Positions 37,334-47,147 of a DNA stretch of 64,000 bases are shown in pieces. This DNA comes from a virus. Position 1 is the stretch's first letter. Each line of letters opens with the position of its first letter. Location: positions 1 through 64,000 of IMG/VR virus record IMGVR_UViG_3300044697_000029; one strand, 5' to 3'. The translations under genes were made by a program, and so were the position numbers. The notes below the pieces were generated by a model that was not told the DNA's origin, searched no databases, and worked only from the letters and a program-made list of their open reading frames with translations.

Positions 37334-37396
37334 CGGTGGTCTCCCTGCCCTGAGTTTCCGTGGGCCTCGGTCTGGCCGTCCATCGGCCATAGGGGG

Positions 37397-37424
37397 ATCA
37401 TACCCATTTCCGGACCCTTTGCAA
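37397..37424 (-). promoter_or_regulatory. Leftward early promoter
   Basis: TTGCAA-16 nt-TATGAT. Confidence 0.55.
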
Positions 37425-37474
37425 GAACTATTTCGGTATTGCCGTCCGATTTCCGTTCGTTGTAGGGTGCGTCC

Positions 37475-37834
37475 ATGATTCGGGACCCGGAAGAGCATCG
37501 CCGCCGCAGCATCGCCGGGAGTGAGCGCGCCCGCGCGGCTGGCCGGCCACCTGGCAGGCCGATGAAGCCGATCAACCCCGAGGCGGTGGCGATGCTTGCC
37601 GCCGGCGTGGGCGTGGTGCGGGTCGCCAAGGCCCTGCACATTTCCAAGGATGCCATACGGCGCGCGCGCGATGCTCAGCCACCCGGTCAGATCGTGGACG
37701 CGAGCGATCTGGCAGACAGCATCGTCTCGTCGCCTGCACGAGCGCCCAAGCCCGCGCGCTGGACCGAGGGACCGCGCTGTCCGAAGTGCAGCAGCCTCCT
37801 GCGGCTCGGCAAATGTGGCCTGGGGTGCAGATAA
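37475..37834 (+). CDS. HTH protein with C-terminal Zn ribbon
   Basis: GVGVVRVAKALHISKDAIRR; CPKC...C. Confidence 0.6.
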   Translation: MIRDPEEHRRRSIAGSERARAAGRPPGRPMKPINPEAVAMLAAGVGVVRVAKALHISKDAIRRARDAQPPGQIVDASDLADSIVSSPARAPKPARWTEGPRCPKCSSLLRLGKCGLGCR

Positions 37835-38434
37835 TCGCCATGCGCGATGGGCAAGCGCAGCCGAGGGGAGTGCGGATGATGGACGCGGCGAAGCGCGAGC
37901 GCGCGGACGAACGGAAGATCGGCATACCGTTGTGCATGGCGTTCAGTTTTTGCGGGGGCCTTCACTGGCGCGGCAGGAATGCTCACGCTCGCGTGGCTTC
38001 ATCCCGACCTGCTCAATTACCCGTGGCCAGTCCCGTGCTTTATCCTTGGATGCGCGTCCATGTGGTGGCGGCTGTCCTGGATGCTTTGATCAAGGCCGCG
38101 ATCCGCGGCGTGCCCGGCGTCACCCCGAAGCGGCCATGCCGCCGAAAGCGAGACAGGCCACCACGCTTCCGATTCCCTCTTGCCTGTCATGACAACGCTG
38201 TGGCATTTTCGCCACACCAATCCACGTCGCGCGCGCGGGGGGTATCCGGCGGGAGTTGTAGCCATCACCTGGGCGCTTGACGGCGCCCCTTGACGGGTGG
38301 CAGTCTCCCGGTACGGTACGGTCCGGACGGTTGGTCAGTGCGCGCGCGGGCGCGGATATCTGCATAACGCGCGCGCGGGGGAAGAGTTTCGACCCCAATG
38401 ATGCTCTAGGAAACTTTGGGCTATGTGCCAAGGA

Positions 38435-39170
38435 TCACGTGTCATCGAAGTTGCTGACGACGAACCACGCCAACTTGGCGAGATCGCGGAGCGCGGGCAG
38501 CACTGGCCCGCGGAGCGCGGTATCACTCTCGCTGAACGCTATGTTGTGGGTGATCTGAAAATCGCACTCCGTCGCGTTGATGTTGGTCCACGCTACTACG
38601 GCGCCATCCTTGAAGCCGGGCCATTGAGCGGGAAATTCCAGCCCCTGAGCGCGGGCGGCTGCGGAAACAGAGACCATTGCCAACGCCGAATCCACCTTAA
38701 TCAGACGCATGTGTTTTCGTGTAATGTCGAGGTGGTGCAGGGCGAACAGTTGGTCATCCCCTCCACGATAAGGCCGCAGTCTTTCCAGGCCGATCCTCTC
38801 ACTCTCTCGGAGCCACTTTTTGCGTTTCGCCGCGTTCAGCGGGTCGATGAAATCCTGGAGGGAGGCATAAAGGGGAAAGTGACAGTCGGCGTTTGGTTGT
38901 ACGCCGTTCCTTGTCGCCAGTGCCGACGCAAGCAAATCGAGGCTGCTGCGGAGGCTGCCGATGATAGCGCCAACGCCGGCATTGATGAGATTGGGAATTT
39001 TCCAGTCCACCCGGAGCTTGATGAGTTTCTTCCCCATCTCCGGGTGGTCCTCAGCGATGAAGGAATAAGGGTGACGGTCGGTCCAGCCTTCGATCTGCTT
39101 TTGCAACACTGGGAGATAGGATGCGGCCCAGTCGATGGCCGCATTGGCGTCTAGCTAGGTCATCTCGCAT
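38435..39170 (-). pseudogene. Hypothetical gene frameshifted near its start at CTAGCTAG
   Basis: ATG 39170 (MRDDL) is out of frame with LDANAAIDWAASYLPVLQK; removing one CTAG restores the frame. Confidence 0.6.
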
Positions 39171-39184
39171 GGGAGCAAAGCGCC

Positions 39185-39442
39185 TTACGTTTCAGACTCA
39201 GGACGGAAAGAAACACTGGGTTGCCCTGCGGCGCTACTATGTGCCTGAAGGCGTTGTATTTGTTCCGGCTGAAAATCCGTGTGAGTCCCGCACCGATCAC
39301 ATTCCGCTTCCGCTGGCCAAGAGCGGACAATCGGATGCTGCCCCGGCGCTGGCGCGGGACCAAGTGGCAACATCCGCTGGCAATTCGGGCACGTGCCAAC
39401 GAAATACCATTCCCCCGGCACGATGACGGGAATTACTGGCAT
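39185..39442 (-). CDS. Zn-ribbon protein
   Basis: CPNC...CDRC. Confidence 0.6.
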   Translation of the reverse strand: MPVIPVIVPGEWYFVGTCPNCQRMLPLGPAPAPGQHPIVRSWPAEAECDRCGTHTDFQPEQIQRLQAHSSAAGQPSVSFRPESET

Positions 39443-39628
39443 CCTCTTCGCTCCCTGGTAGGTCTCGACAACCCCACGGTAGCGGAATGGCGGTCGGGAG
39501 TCTCAGGATTCCCGGCCGTCCGGCTTTCGTGCTACGGTGGCGCCCAGACGCAGATTCAGCGTGTGGTCGGCGGATCGGTCGCGCCTGTCGCCCCGAAGGG
39601 GAGGACTGAAACTGAGGGGCCTGACTCA

Positions 39629-39862
39629 ATGGCGAGCGGCCAACTGATCTGGGATATGAGCGCCGAAGCCCTCGGCTGGACGCTCGCGGAGCCGGGTGAG
39701 CCGGGCGCCGTGTCAGCCACCAACGGAAAGGGAGAGGTGATCTGGCGCAAGCGGTTGCCGTCCCCACCTTTGGACGGCCTGGCGCGGGATTCGCTGGATG
39801 CATCCTCGCCAGGGCTGCCGGATATCGACTACGCCGCGATCACAAGGGAGCTTAGCCTGTGA
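39629..39862 (+). CDS. Hypothetical protein
   Basis: GAGG RBS; GTGA coupling to the next ORF. Confidence 0.45.
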   Translation: MASGQLIWDMSAEALGWTLAEPGEPGAVSATNGKGEVIWRKRLPSPPLDGLARDSLDASSPGLPDIDYAAITRELSL

Positions 39863-40092
39863 CGGAAGGAACGCTCCGGCCGCCGGCGCAGCATACTGAC
39901 AAGGCGCTGCACTGGTTAGGCCACCCCACGATGCTCGCCCGCGGGATCGTCGCTGACCAGGAAGTGGCGGCGTGGACGGGAGGCGTATGGAAGCTGCTCG
40001 GAGACGATAGGCTGTTTTCGCCTGATGAACTGGCCAGGGCTGGCTGGCGCTACCTCGGCCCTGCAGAGCGCAAAGGCCGCGGCTCGGTCTAA
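39859..40092 (+). CDS. Hypothetical protein (LHWL...AGWRYLGP)
   Basis: GGAG RBS; coupling. Confidence 0.55.
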   Translation: MTEGTLRPPAQHTDKALHWLGHPTMLARGIVADQEVAAWTGGVWKLLGDDRLFSPDELARAGWRYLGPAERKGRGSV

Positions 40093-40359
40093 CCCCATGC
40101 TCCCTGTTCCCACCACCCGCACCGATTCCTGGCAGTTCTACGCCGACATGCGTTCCTAGTGGCTGGGCAGGCCGCCCACATGGGTTCGTCGGAAGCCATT
40201 GAAGCACTCGGGCTGGTCGAGCCAGACTGGACGCCGGACCCTGCCGCATGAGGTAGCCCAACAGAAAAAGCCGCCCGCTGGCAACGGACGGCTCTTCCCC
40301 TCGCGTCTCGGTTGGTTCGTCGCCCAACCCCATATCCGGCATGCAACGGAGACGCAAGG

Positions 40360-41010
40360 ATGTCTTTGGCCATTGAGGCAGCGAAAATACCGCTTGACAG
40401 GCGCGTGAGGGCGTCGGTAGCGTCCGCCCCGCTTCGGGAGCCCGCGCAAGGATCGTGCGGCGCGCCCGGCGGTAGCCGTAGCGGGATGCGATTCCAGCCC
40501 GCCGGCTTTCGACCCGGTATCCCCTGGCATTGCATCTACGCCAAGCCGAACGAGGAATCCCGCGCCGAGCGGGAAATCATCAAGCAGGGATTCGCGGCGT
40601 GGGCGCCGATGGAGATAGTCCGGCTGCCCGATCGCCATATCAGGGTTCGGCCGATGCTGCCGCGGTATCTGTTCGCTCAGTTTGATGCCGACGCCGAGCC
40701 GTGGGGGTCACTACGCGATACCCGCGGCGTTTCGCACGTCCTGACCGATTCGGCCCTCCGACCGTTGGTTGTGCCGGACGCTGCCCTCTCCATCATCCTG
40801 GACCAATGCGCGCCCAATGGTGTGGTGCCATTGCCTGAAGAGCGGGAAGTGCGGCGGCGCGATGTCGTCCGCGTCCTTGATGGACCTTGGCGCGATTTTT
40901 CGGGCATCGTAGGCTTGACGGCCAAGACACGGGTAGAGGTGATGCTCATGATTTTCGGGCGCCTTAGCCCCATCCCGTTCAGGCGCGATCAGGTCGAACT
41001 GGTGGCCTAG
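40360..41010 (+). CDS. Phage NusG/RfaH-like transcription antiterminator
   Basis: NGN domain (WHCIYAKPNEE, PMLPRYLF, TRGVSHVL) plus KOW (VRVLDGPWRDFSG); directly before the terminase. Confidence 0.9.
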   Translation: MSLAIEAAKIPLDRRVRASVASAPLREPAQGSCGAPGGSRSGMRFQPAGFRPGIPWHCIYAKPNEESRAEREIIKQGFAAWAPMEIVRLPDRHIRVRPMLPRYLFAQFDADAEPWGSLRDTRGVSHVLTDSALRPLVVPDAALSIILDQCAPNGVVPLPEEREVRRRDVVRVLDGPWRDFSGIVGLTAKTRVEVMLMIFGRLSPIPFRRDQVELVA

Positions 41011-41013
41011 AAA

Positions 41014-41451
41014 ATGGCGCGCAACCGCACGACATTTCCACCCGGCAAAGGAACAGGATGGGGCGGTCCGGCCAGAGGGCCGGGCGCCGGTCCAAAGTTC
41101 GAGAAGTTCATGGAAGGCAACCAGACCGAGCATCCCGCGGGCGACGATTATCGCGAGCGTCGGCAGAAACGCCGCGAGTTGCGCGCCGCTGGCGCCGAAA
41201 GGCTTCAGCAGTTGAAGGACCATCTAGCCGATCTAGCCCTCAATGCCGAGCATGAAGCCACGCAGGTTAGCGCGACCGTCGCGTGGCTAAATCGGGAAGA
41301 GGGGATGCCGGCACAGACGAACAAGAATCTGAATGTCGATGTCATCAGCGGTCTCCCGCTCGACCAACAGCGAGCTATTGCGGCGGCTCTCGACGCTCTC
41401 CCCGACGACGCGGGCGACGATGCGGGAGGCGCTGCGCCGCAGCATCACTGA
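41014..41451 (+). CDS. Putative terminase small subunit
   Basis: Position; FPPG/FMEGNQ N-terminus; WLNREEGMPAQ. Confidence 0.6.
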   Translation: MARNRTTFPPGKGTGWGGPARGPGAGPKFEKFMEGNQTEHPAGDDYRERRQKRRELRAAGAERLQQLKDHLADLALNAEHEATQVSATVAWLNREEGMPAQTNKNLNVDVISGLPLDQQRAIAAALDALPDDAGDDAGGAAPQHH

Positions 41452-42139
41452 GGCCGAGCGCGGCCGGTTCATCGACACACTCTATCCCCACACGGGGCCT
41501 CTACGCCGCGAACTCTACATCAAGCACCTGGAGTTCTGGCGCGCGGGCGCGGTGCATGACGAACGGGCGTTCGTTGCAGGGAATCGGACCGGTAAGACCA
41601 CGTGCGTATCATACGAGGATGTACTGCACCTGACCGGTGATTATCCGGAGTGGTGGGAAGGCAGGCGCTTCGATCGCCCGATCACATGCTGGGCCTGCGG
41701 CACAGATGCCAAGGCAGTGCGCGAAAAGCTGCAGCCTGCATTGATTGGGCCGGCCGAAGCGCGAGGGACTGGGATCATCCCCCGCGACCGGCTTCTGCGG
41801 ACCTTCGCACGAAGCGGCACGGCGGACGCAATCGACTTTGCACTCGTTCGCAACCAGTTCGGCGGATTGTCGCGCCTGGTGTTCAAGGCATACGAACAAG
41901 GGCGTGAATCGTTCCAGGCCGCCGAGGTCGATGTCGTCCACCTGGACGAAGAGCCGCCGATGGCGATCTACACCGAGGCGCTGACCCGCACGCTCTCGAC
42001 GGTGCCCGGGCGGCGTAACGGTATTCTGGTCTTCAGTTTCACGCCACTCCAAGGACTGAGCGACGTGGTTCTGCAGTTCCTGCCTGGCGGTGCATACCCC
42101 GCAACGGAAGAGGTCCGCAAACAGGCGTGGGGATGGTAA
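41333..42139 (+). CDS. Terminase large subunit, ATPase half
   Basis: AGNRTGKT, VHLDEEPP, SFTPLQG. Confidence 0.9.
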   Translation: MSMSSAVSRSTNSELLRRLSTLSPTTRATMREALRRSITEAERGRFIDTLYPHTGPLRRELYIKHLEFWRAGAVHDERAFVAGNRTGKTTCVSYEDVLHLTGDYPEWWEGRRFDRPITCWACGTDAKAVREKLQPALIGPAEARGTGIIPRDRLLRTFARSGTADAIDFALVRNQFGGLSRLVFKAYEQGRESFQAAEVDVVHLDEEPPMAIYTEALTRTLSTVPGRRNGILVFSFTPLQGLSDVVLQFLPGGAYPATEEVRKQAWGW

Positions 42140-42521
42140 ATGCGGGTTGTTCTACCCTAGGTAGGTGCGGTATATCTCCCCGATGTGCCCCACCCAGCCT
42201 TCTGCCGTAGAACGGCTAGCCAAGCGAATAAGAGAGAGTGTGCGCGCCGATATAGCAGCCGCGCTTCTGCCTAATGTTCCGTCTGCCTCGGACGGAGAGC
42301 ATTTCCGTCCCATGCAATTTGATCCAATGAGTCAATCGCGGCCCGCATTGCAGCCGCCGCAAAAAGATCAAGGAGAACCGTCGTCAAAGCGCCATTCCGG
42401 TGCGCGAACTTAATTGCTAGGTACTCGACGGTCCCCGTCTGCCCCACGCAGGGGAGCGCCTTGAGGCTCAACGCCACATCGCCACGAGCGTACGCGCTGC
42501 GCGCTTCTTGTTCGGTAAACG

Positions 42522-42644
42522 AAGGTTCGTGCCATCCTCTGTCGCCGCTGCAACACAGTTTTAGGGCAGGTCAGCGACTCAAAAGAACTGCTTCACGCAA
42601 TGGCTGACTACCTCGCGGGAGGTGGAACATCACGAGATACGTAG
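42522..42644 (+). pseudogene. C-terminal remnant of an endonuclease VII-type HNH nuclease
   Basis: KVRAILCRRCNTVLGQVSDSKELLHAMADYL; in-frame TAA at 42516. Confidence 0.7.
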
Positions 42645-43390
42645 TACAAGCCGGATGGGCCGACTCACCGCACCTTTCGCCAGACGCCACGGAGGAGCTT
42701 GCGCGCTCGTATCCACCGAATGAACGGGACGCCCGCATGCGCGGCATCCCTTCGCTCGGGGCGGGCGCGATTTACCCCGTGCCGGAAAGCGAAGTCGTCG
42801 TGCAGCCGTTCAAAGTGCCGCACTATTGGCCTATCTGCTACGCCCTGGATGTCGGCTGGAACCGCACTGCTGCGCTATGGGCCGCTCACGACACAGAGAC
42901 CGACACAGCCTATCTCGTGAGCGAGCACTATCGAGCGCACGCCGAGCCGCCGATCCACGCTGAGGCGATCAAGGCGCGTGGCGCGTGGATACCTGGAGTA
43001 ATCGACCCAGCGGCGCGCGGACGCAGCCAGAAGGACGGCGCCGCCCTGATGACGACCTATCAGGAGCTTGGGCTAAGGCTAACCGCCGCGAACAATGCCG
43101 TCGAAGCGGGCATTTACGAGGTGTGGACGCGGTTTTCAACGGGACGCCTGAAGGTCTTCGCGACGCTGCAGAACTTCCTCGCGGAGTATCGTATCTACAG
43201 GCGCGATGAAAAAGGCCACATCGTGAAGGACAGCGACCACCTCATGGACGATTGTCGCTACATCTGCATGAGCGGCCTTGATATCGCGGCATTCCGACCG
43301 CCAGAACTGGTGCGCGGTCTGGTCGGGAAGCCGAAACAGGAATGGTCCCCCCGCGCCGCACTCGATTCCGATGGATACGGATTGCGATGA
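42629..43390 (+). CDS. Terminase large subunit, nuclease half (likely ATC start)
   Basis: ITRYVVQAGWADSPHL...RMRGIPSLGAGAIYP, ALDVGW, DHLMDDCRY; GGAGGT 5 nt before ATC. Confidence 0.85.
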   Translation: MTRYVVQAGWADSPHLSPDATEELARSYPPNERDARMRGIPSLGAGAIYPVPESEVVVQPFKVPHYWPICYALDVGWNRTAALWAAHDTETDTAYLVSEHYRAHAEPPIHAEAIKARGAWIPGVIDPAARGRSQKDGAALMTTYQELGLRLTAANNAVEAGIYEVWTRFSTGRLKVFATLQNFLAEYRIYRRDEKGHIVKDSDHLMDDCRYICMSGLDIAAFRPPELVRGLVGKPKQEWSPRAALDSDGYGLR

Positions 43391-43602
43391 GCGTTCTCGG
43401 CCTCGGCGCATCGCCGCCTCCCGTGCCACCGCCGCCTCCGCCGCCTCCCACGCCAGCGTCGCCTGCGATCAGCCAAGTGGCGTCCAGCACGGCGCAGCAG
43501 GCAGCAGCGGCGGCAGGGGCCGGATTCGGGGGCACGTTGCTGACCGGCGCACAGGGGGCCGCACAGCCGAGCACGTCGCTGAAGACCCTTCTTGGCCAAT
43601 AG
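43387..43602 (+). CDS. Small Pro-rich virion protein (TLLT...KTLLGQ)
   Basis: Typical pre-portal gene of BPP-1-like phages; ATGA coupling. Confidence 0.75.
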   Translation: MSVLGLGASPPPVPPPPPPPPTPASPAISQVASSTAQQAAAAAGAGFGGTLLTGAQGAAQPSTSLKTLLGQ

Positions 43603-43603
43603 C

Positions 43604-43780
43604 GTGACCGAATCCGTCTGTCTTTTCGACTCCCTTCGCGACCTGTTTCATGCGGTGCAGTACGAGCGGTGGTTGGGTCGGGTGTACGGAAAGATCGAGG
43701 AGCATGAGATGACCGTGAAGGCCATGCTGACGGCCTACGCGATCGACCGCGGTCTATCATGGCGCCCGACGAATGCCTGA
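43604..43780 (+). CDS. Hypothetical protein
   Basis: Fills the gap before the portal. Confidence 0.45.
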   Translation: MTESVCLFDSLRDLFHAVQYERWLGRVYGKIEEHEMTVKAMLTAYAIDRGLSWRPTNA

Positions 43781-45614
43781 ATCTGCTGCCCAACGCCGCT
43801 ACGCCCGCGGCAACGGTCTCGATCCGGCACAACCGTTCTATTTCCAGTCATCCCCAACGATGCTGGGGATGCAGCCGGCAAACGACAGCGCGCCGGCGCC
43901 CGTTGCTCCGTCGTGGCTGGGTTGGCCCGACCTCTACCGCCATCTGGAAGCGCGGCTCGCGGCCGAAAAGACGTGGCGGCTGTCATGGTGGCGGCTGTGG
44001 GGAGATATCGCCCGGTTCGAGCTTCCGAGGCGGTACCACGCGTTTTTGACGGAGAACGACTACAACAGGGGCACGCGCCGCGACGGTGCCATCCTCGACA
44101 ACACCGCGACGCAGGATGGTGAGACCTGTGCCGGCGGCATCATGACGGTCTGCACGGACCCCGATCGGGAGTGGATCAAGCTGGGCGCGCCGGCCGGCGT
44201 CGAGGTCGATCGCGACGGGCAGATGTTCTTCGATGACCTGACCGAACGGCTCCGCTTCGTGCAGGATGAGACCAACTTTTACGAGAGCCTGAACCAGTTC
44301 TATGAGGACCTGACGTTCTTCGGAACCGGCGTGGCGATCGACTATGACGATGCCGACAACATCTTCGTCTGCCGGAATCCGTGTGCCGGCGAGTTCTGCC
44401 TCGCGAGCGGTGCCGGCAACGAGGACCAGTCGCTTTTCGTCGAGGAACGCCGGACGGTTGCGCAGATCGTTGAGATGTTCGGGCTGGACAACTGCCCGCT
44501 CGATATTCGCCAGCAGTTCGTCCAGAAAGGTGGCGCGCTGGAACAGGAGCGCATCGTCGGACATGCCATCGAGCCGAATTTCGCGCTGTCGGACGGTAAC
44601 GGTGGGTCCGTTGGCAGGTTGCCGGGCCATTTCACGTGGCGCGAGGTGTACTGGATCGTCGGCAAATCCGACACCGCGCCGCTGAGCATCGCGGGCTTTC
44701 AGGAGAAGCCCTTTGCTGCCTCGCAGTGGCATCGTGTGTCCAACGACCCCTACGGCCACGGGCCGGGATCGACGGTGCTTGGCGACACGATCGAACTGCA
44801 AATCCTCACGGCGCGGCAGGCCGAACTGGTGGAGAAGATCGGTCGGCCCCCGATGACGGCGCCGGTCTCGCTCAAGAACGAACCGCACTCGATCAAGCCC
44901 GACCAGATCACGTATTACGATGCGACCACTTCCGCGCCGCAGTTCAAGCCGATATTCGAGGTCGATGCGCGCGCCTTGGTTGGCATCAACGCCTCGATCG
45001 CCGCCGTGCAGGAGCGCATCCATCGCGGCATGCACGCCGACCTGTTTCGGATGATCCAGGAACTGTCACAACGCCCAGGCCAGAAGACGGCAACCGAGAT
45101 CGACGCGCTTCGGGAAGAACGTCTGATGCAACTCGGGCCGGTGATCGGCCGCGTCTATCGCTACGGCATCCGCCCACGGATCAACCGGCAACTGGCCATC
45201 TTGCGGCGCCGCGGGCTGTGGCCGAAGATTCCGCAATCGATGCGCCGGCTGCCGTTGCAGATCGAGTTCATCTCGATGCTGACCCTGGCGCAGCGGGCCG
45301 GGGCGGTCGGCTCGATCGAACGGACGTTTGCCTTCGCCCAATCGCTGGCGCCCGATCCGCGGTTCGCTGAGAGCGGCGACGTGCTGGATGCCGACGAAGC
45401 CGTGCGAGAAGCGGCATCCTTGCGCGGCGCACCGTCCCGGATTATCAGGGCGGCGGCGGACGTGCGGAGGATCAGGGCGGCACGCCAGCAGGCCGTGTCG
45501 GCGCAGCAGCAGGCACAGACCGCGCAAGCAGCCGTGGCGGGAGCGCAGCAGTTGTCGCAGACCAGTCTCAATCCGGGGAACGCCCTGGGGGCCATGTTGC
45601 AGGGGGCACGGTGA
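43773..45614 (+). CDS. Portal protein (head-tail connector)
   Basis: 613 aa; TNFY..L...Y.DL..FGTG, YGHGPG, TATEI...EE.L.QLGPV, IEFISML. Confidence 0.93.
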   Translation: MPESAAQRRYARGNGLDPAQPFYFQSSPTMLGMQPANDSAPAPVAPSWLGWPDLYRHLEARLAAEKTWRLSWWRLWGDIARFELPRRYHAFLTENDYNRGTRRDGAILDNTATQDGETCAGGIMTVCTDPDREWIKLGAPAGVEVDRDGQMFFDDLTERLRFVQDETNFYESLNQFYEDLTFFGTGVAIDYDDADNIFVCRNPCAGEFCLASGAGNEDQSLFVEERRTVAQIVEMFGLDNCPLDIRQQFVQKGGALEQERIVGHAIEPNFALSDGNGGSVGRLPGHFTWREVYWIVGKSDTAPLSIAGFQEKPFAASQWHRVSNDPYGHGPGSTVLGDTIELQILTARQAELVEKIGRPPMTAPVSLKNEPHSIKPDQITYYDATTSAPQFKPIFEVDARALVGINASIAAVQERIHRGMHADLFRMIQELSQRPGQKTATEIDALREERLMQLGPVIGRVYRYGIRPRINRQLAILRRRGLWPKIPQSMRRLPLQIEFISMLTLAQRAGAVGSIERTFAFAQSLAPDPRFAESGDVLDADEAVREAASLRGAPSRIIRAAADVRRIRAARQQAVSAQQQAQTAQAAVAGAQQLSQTSLNPGNALGAMLQGAR

Positions 45615-45859
45615 TCAAATCCTATCCCGCCCATCCCCAGGTTCTGCAACGCGACGCCGGGTCTGAGGCGATGCTGATGTGGCCCAGGAACGCCGAGATT
45701 GATCTCGCGCACGTGACGGGCGCCTATCCGGTGCCATACGTGCCGCCGATGGTTGATCCGGTGTCTAACGTGGTCGCGGTGCAGCATGGCGGCCAGACGA
45801 CGGTGATCCACGCCGATTTCGACCAGTTCCAGCGGGATTGGGAGGCAAGCCGGCGATGA
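45611..45859 (+). CDS. Hypothetical protein
   Basis: GTGA and ATGA coupling. Confidence 0.55.
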   Translation: MIKSYPAHPQVLQRDAGSEAMLMWPRNAEIDLAHVTGAYPVPYVPPMVDPVSNVVAVQHGGQTTVIHADFDQFQRDWEASRR

Positions 45860-46716
45860 GCCGCGAAAGCAAACAGGACGATCCGTGGGAGCGCCGTGCA
45901 CTCTACGGGTGCGCCGCCGCTCTTGGTGGCAACGTGCCGCAAGCAATCCGGGATTTCGCAGGCCATCTTGACCAGGCCGCTGATGTGTTGGCCGATGCGC
46001 CCTGGATTGAGGGCAATGCTATGAGCGGCCACATCTTCGAACGATATGGGGGAGGCGGCGCCCGCAGTAGGCTCGGGGTGGGAAGGAGGCTCGCGCTCTC
46101 CGAAATACCGGAATGGATCGTTCGCATGAGCGATGACGCTGCGCAATGCAGGATGGCCGAGCTCGGGGCCGACCATGAAGCTCTGGGGCAAACTGTTGCC
46201 ACGGACATTTTCTATGGTAGCCCGCAGGCGGACCCATGCAGTTGCATCGGGCTATCGGCCTTTTGCGAGTCACCCCAAGGAAACGTGGTTGACGGCGGTG
46301 GTGACGGCGGCTCGTCGATCTGGCTGCTCTCATGGCACCAGGAGGAACTTTATATCGCCTATCCAAAAGGCAGTATGGCTGGCCTCATGCGCCACGATCT
46401 CGGTCTTCAAGTGGGAGAGCGGGATGCAACGGGCGCCCGAGAGGTTGTTTACACAGAAGCGTCGGAAGTTTCGTTGGCGATAATTCCTCAGAGGGCACAA
46501 AGCGTAGTGCGTATCGCAAACCTAGCTGGTGTCGTGGGAGCGCGGCTGGATCAGTTGATGAGAGCGGCTCTGGGCATGCTCGGCGATACAAAAGGAAGGC
46601 CGACATTTTACATGAACCGCACGGTAGCGGCGGCCCGTGGCAGTACAGAGCCGCTGGATGACTATCCGGTGCGTATCGCCGACGAACTGCGTTTTGATGA
46701 GGCGAGGGTTGCCTGA
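45856..46716 (+). CDS. Major-capsid-protein paralog 1 (internally deleted)
   Basis: Colinear with 49903-50958: PWIEGN..GH, QTVA..IFYG, SSIWL, YPKGS.AGL, VVRIANL, FYMNRT, DEARV. Confidence 0.85.
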   Translation: MSRESKQDDPWERRALYGCAAALGGNVPQAIRDFAGHLDQAADVLADAPWIEGNAMSGHIFERYGGGGARSRLGVGRRLALSEIPEWIVRMSDDAAQCRMAELGADHEALGQTVATDIFYGSPQADPCSCIGLSAFCESPQGNVVDGGGDGGSSIWLLSWHQEELYIAYPKGSMAGLMRHDLGLQVGERDATGAREVVYTEASEVSLAIIPQRAQSVVRIANLAGVVGARLDQLMRAALGMLGDTKGRPTFYMNRTVAAARGSTEPLDDYPVRIADELRFDEARVA

Positions 46717-47147
46717 TGTCTCGCGAAACCGAGTTCCTCACGCGCCACAAGGAAGACCTGACGCAAGCCGCCGAGATGTGCCGCACACTTCAGCGCCAGG
46801 CCGTCGAGGTCTCGCCGCGGCATCGCACCTACCTGCGGCTTCTGCAGACCTGCAAGCGGCTGGAAGGCACCTGCCGTCAGATGGCACATGAGCGCGGCGA
46901 CGACTTCACGTGGTTGCAGCTTGGGCACCACTATCACGCGGTATCGCGGAAGGTGACGGCGCTGCGGCACGAGGGGAAATGGCTGCTGTTCGGGAAGTTG
47001 GCTGAGGTATTCGAGGCTGGGATGCCGCAGGTCGGGCGGCTGGCCACGACTGCGACGGGGCTGACCAGCATGAGCACTTCGCCGCTGCTGATCCTGCCGC
47101 CCTACCTGCGTGGCGGCAAAATGGATGGACGGATTATCGTGCCATGA
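46716..47147 (+). CDS. Hypothetical helical protein between the capsid paralogs
   Basis: TGATG and ATGA coupling. Confidence 0.7.
   Translation: MSRETEFLTRHKEDLTQAAEMCRTLQRQAVEVSPRHRTYLRLLQTCKRLEGTCRQMAHERGDDFTWLQLGHHYHAVSRKVTALRHEGKWLLFGKLAEVFEAGMPQVGRLATTATGLTSMSTSPLLILPPYLRGGKMDGRIIVP

Noticed and set aside
42140-42628. Group I or II intron splitting the terminase (GTGCG near 42166)
   Set aside because: The ATPase stop at 42137-42139 precedes it, no domain V or group I core is recognisable, and the second half has its own RBS
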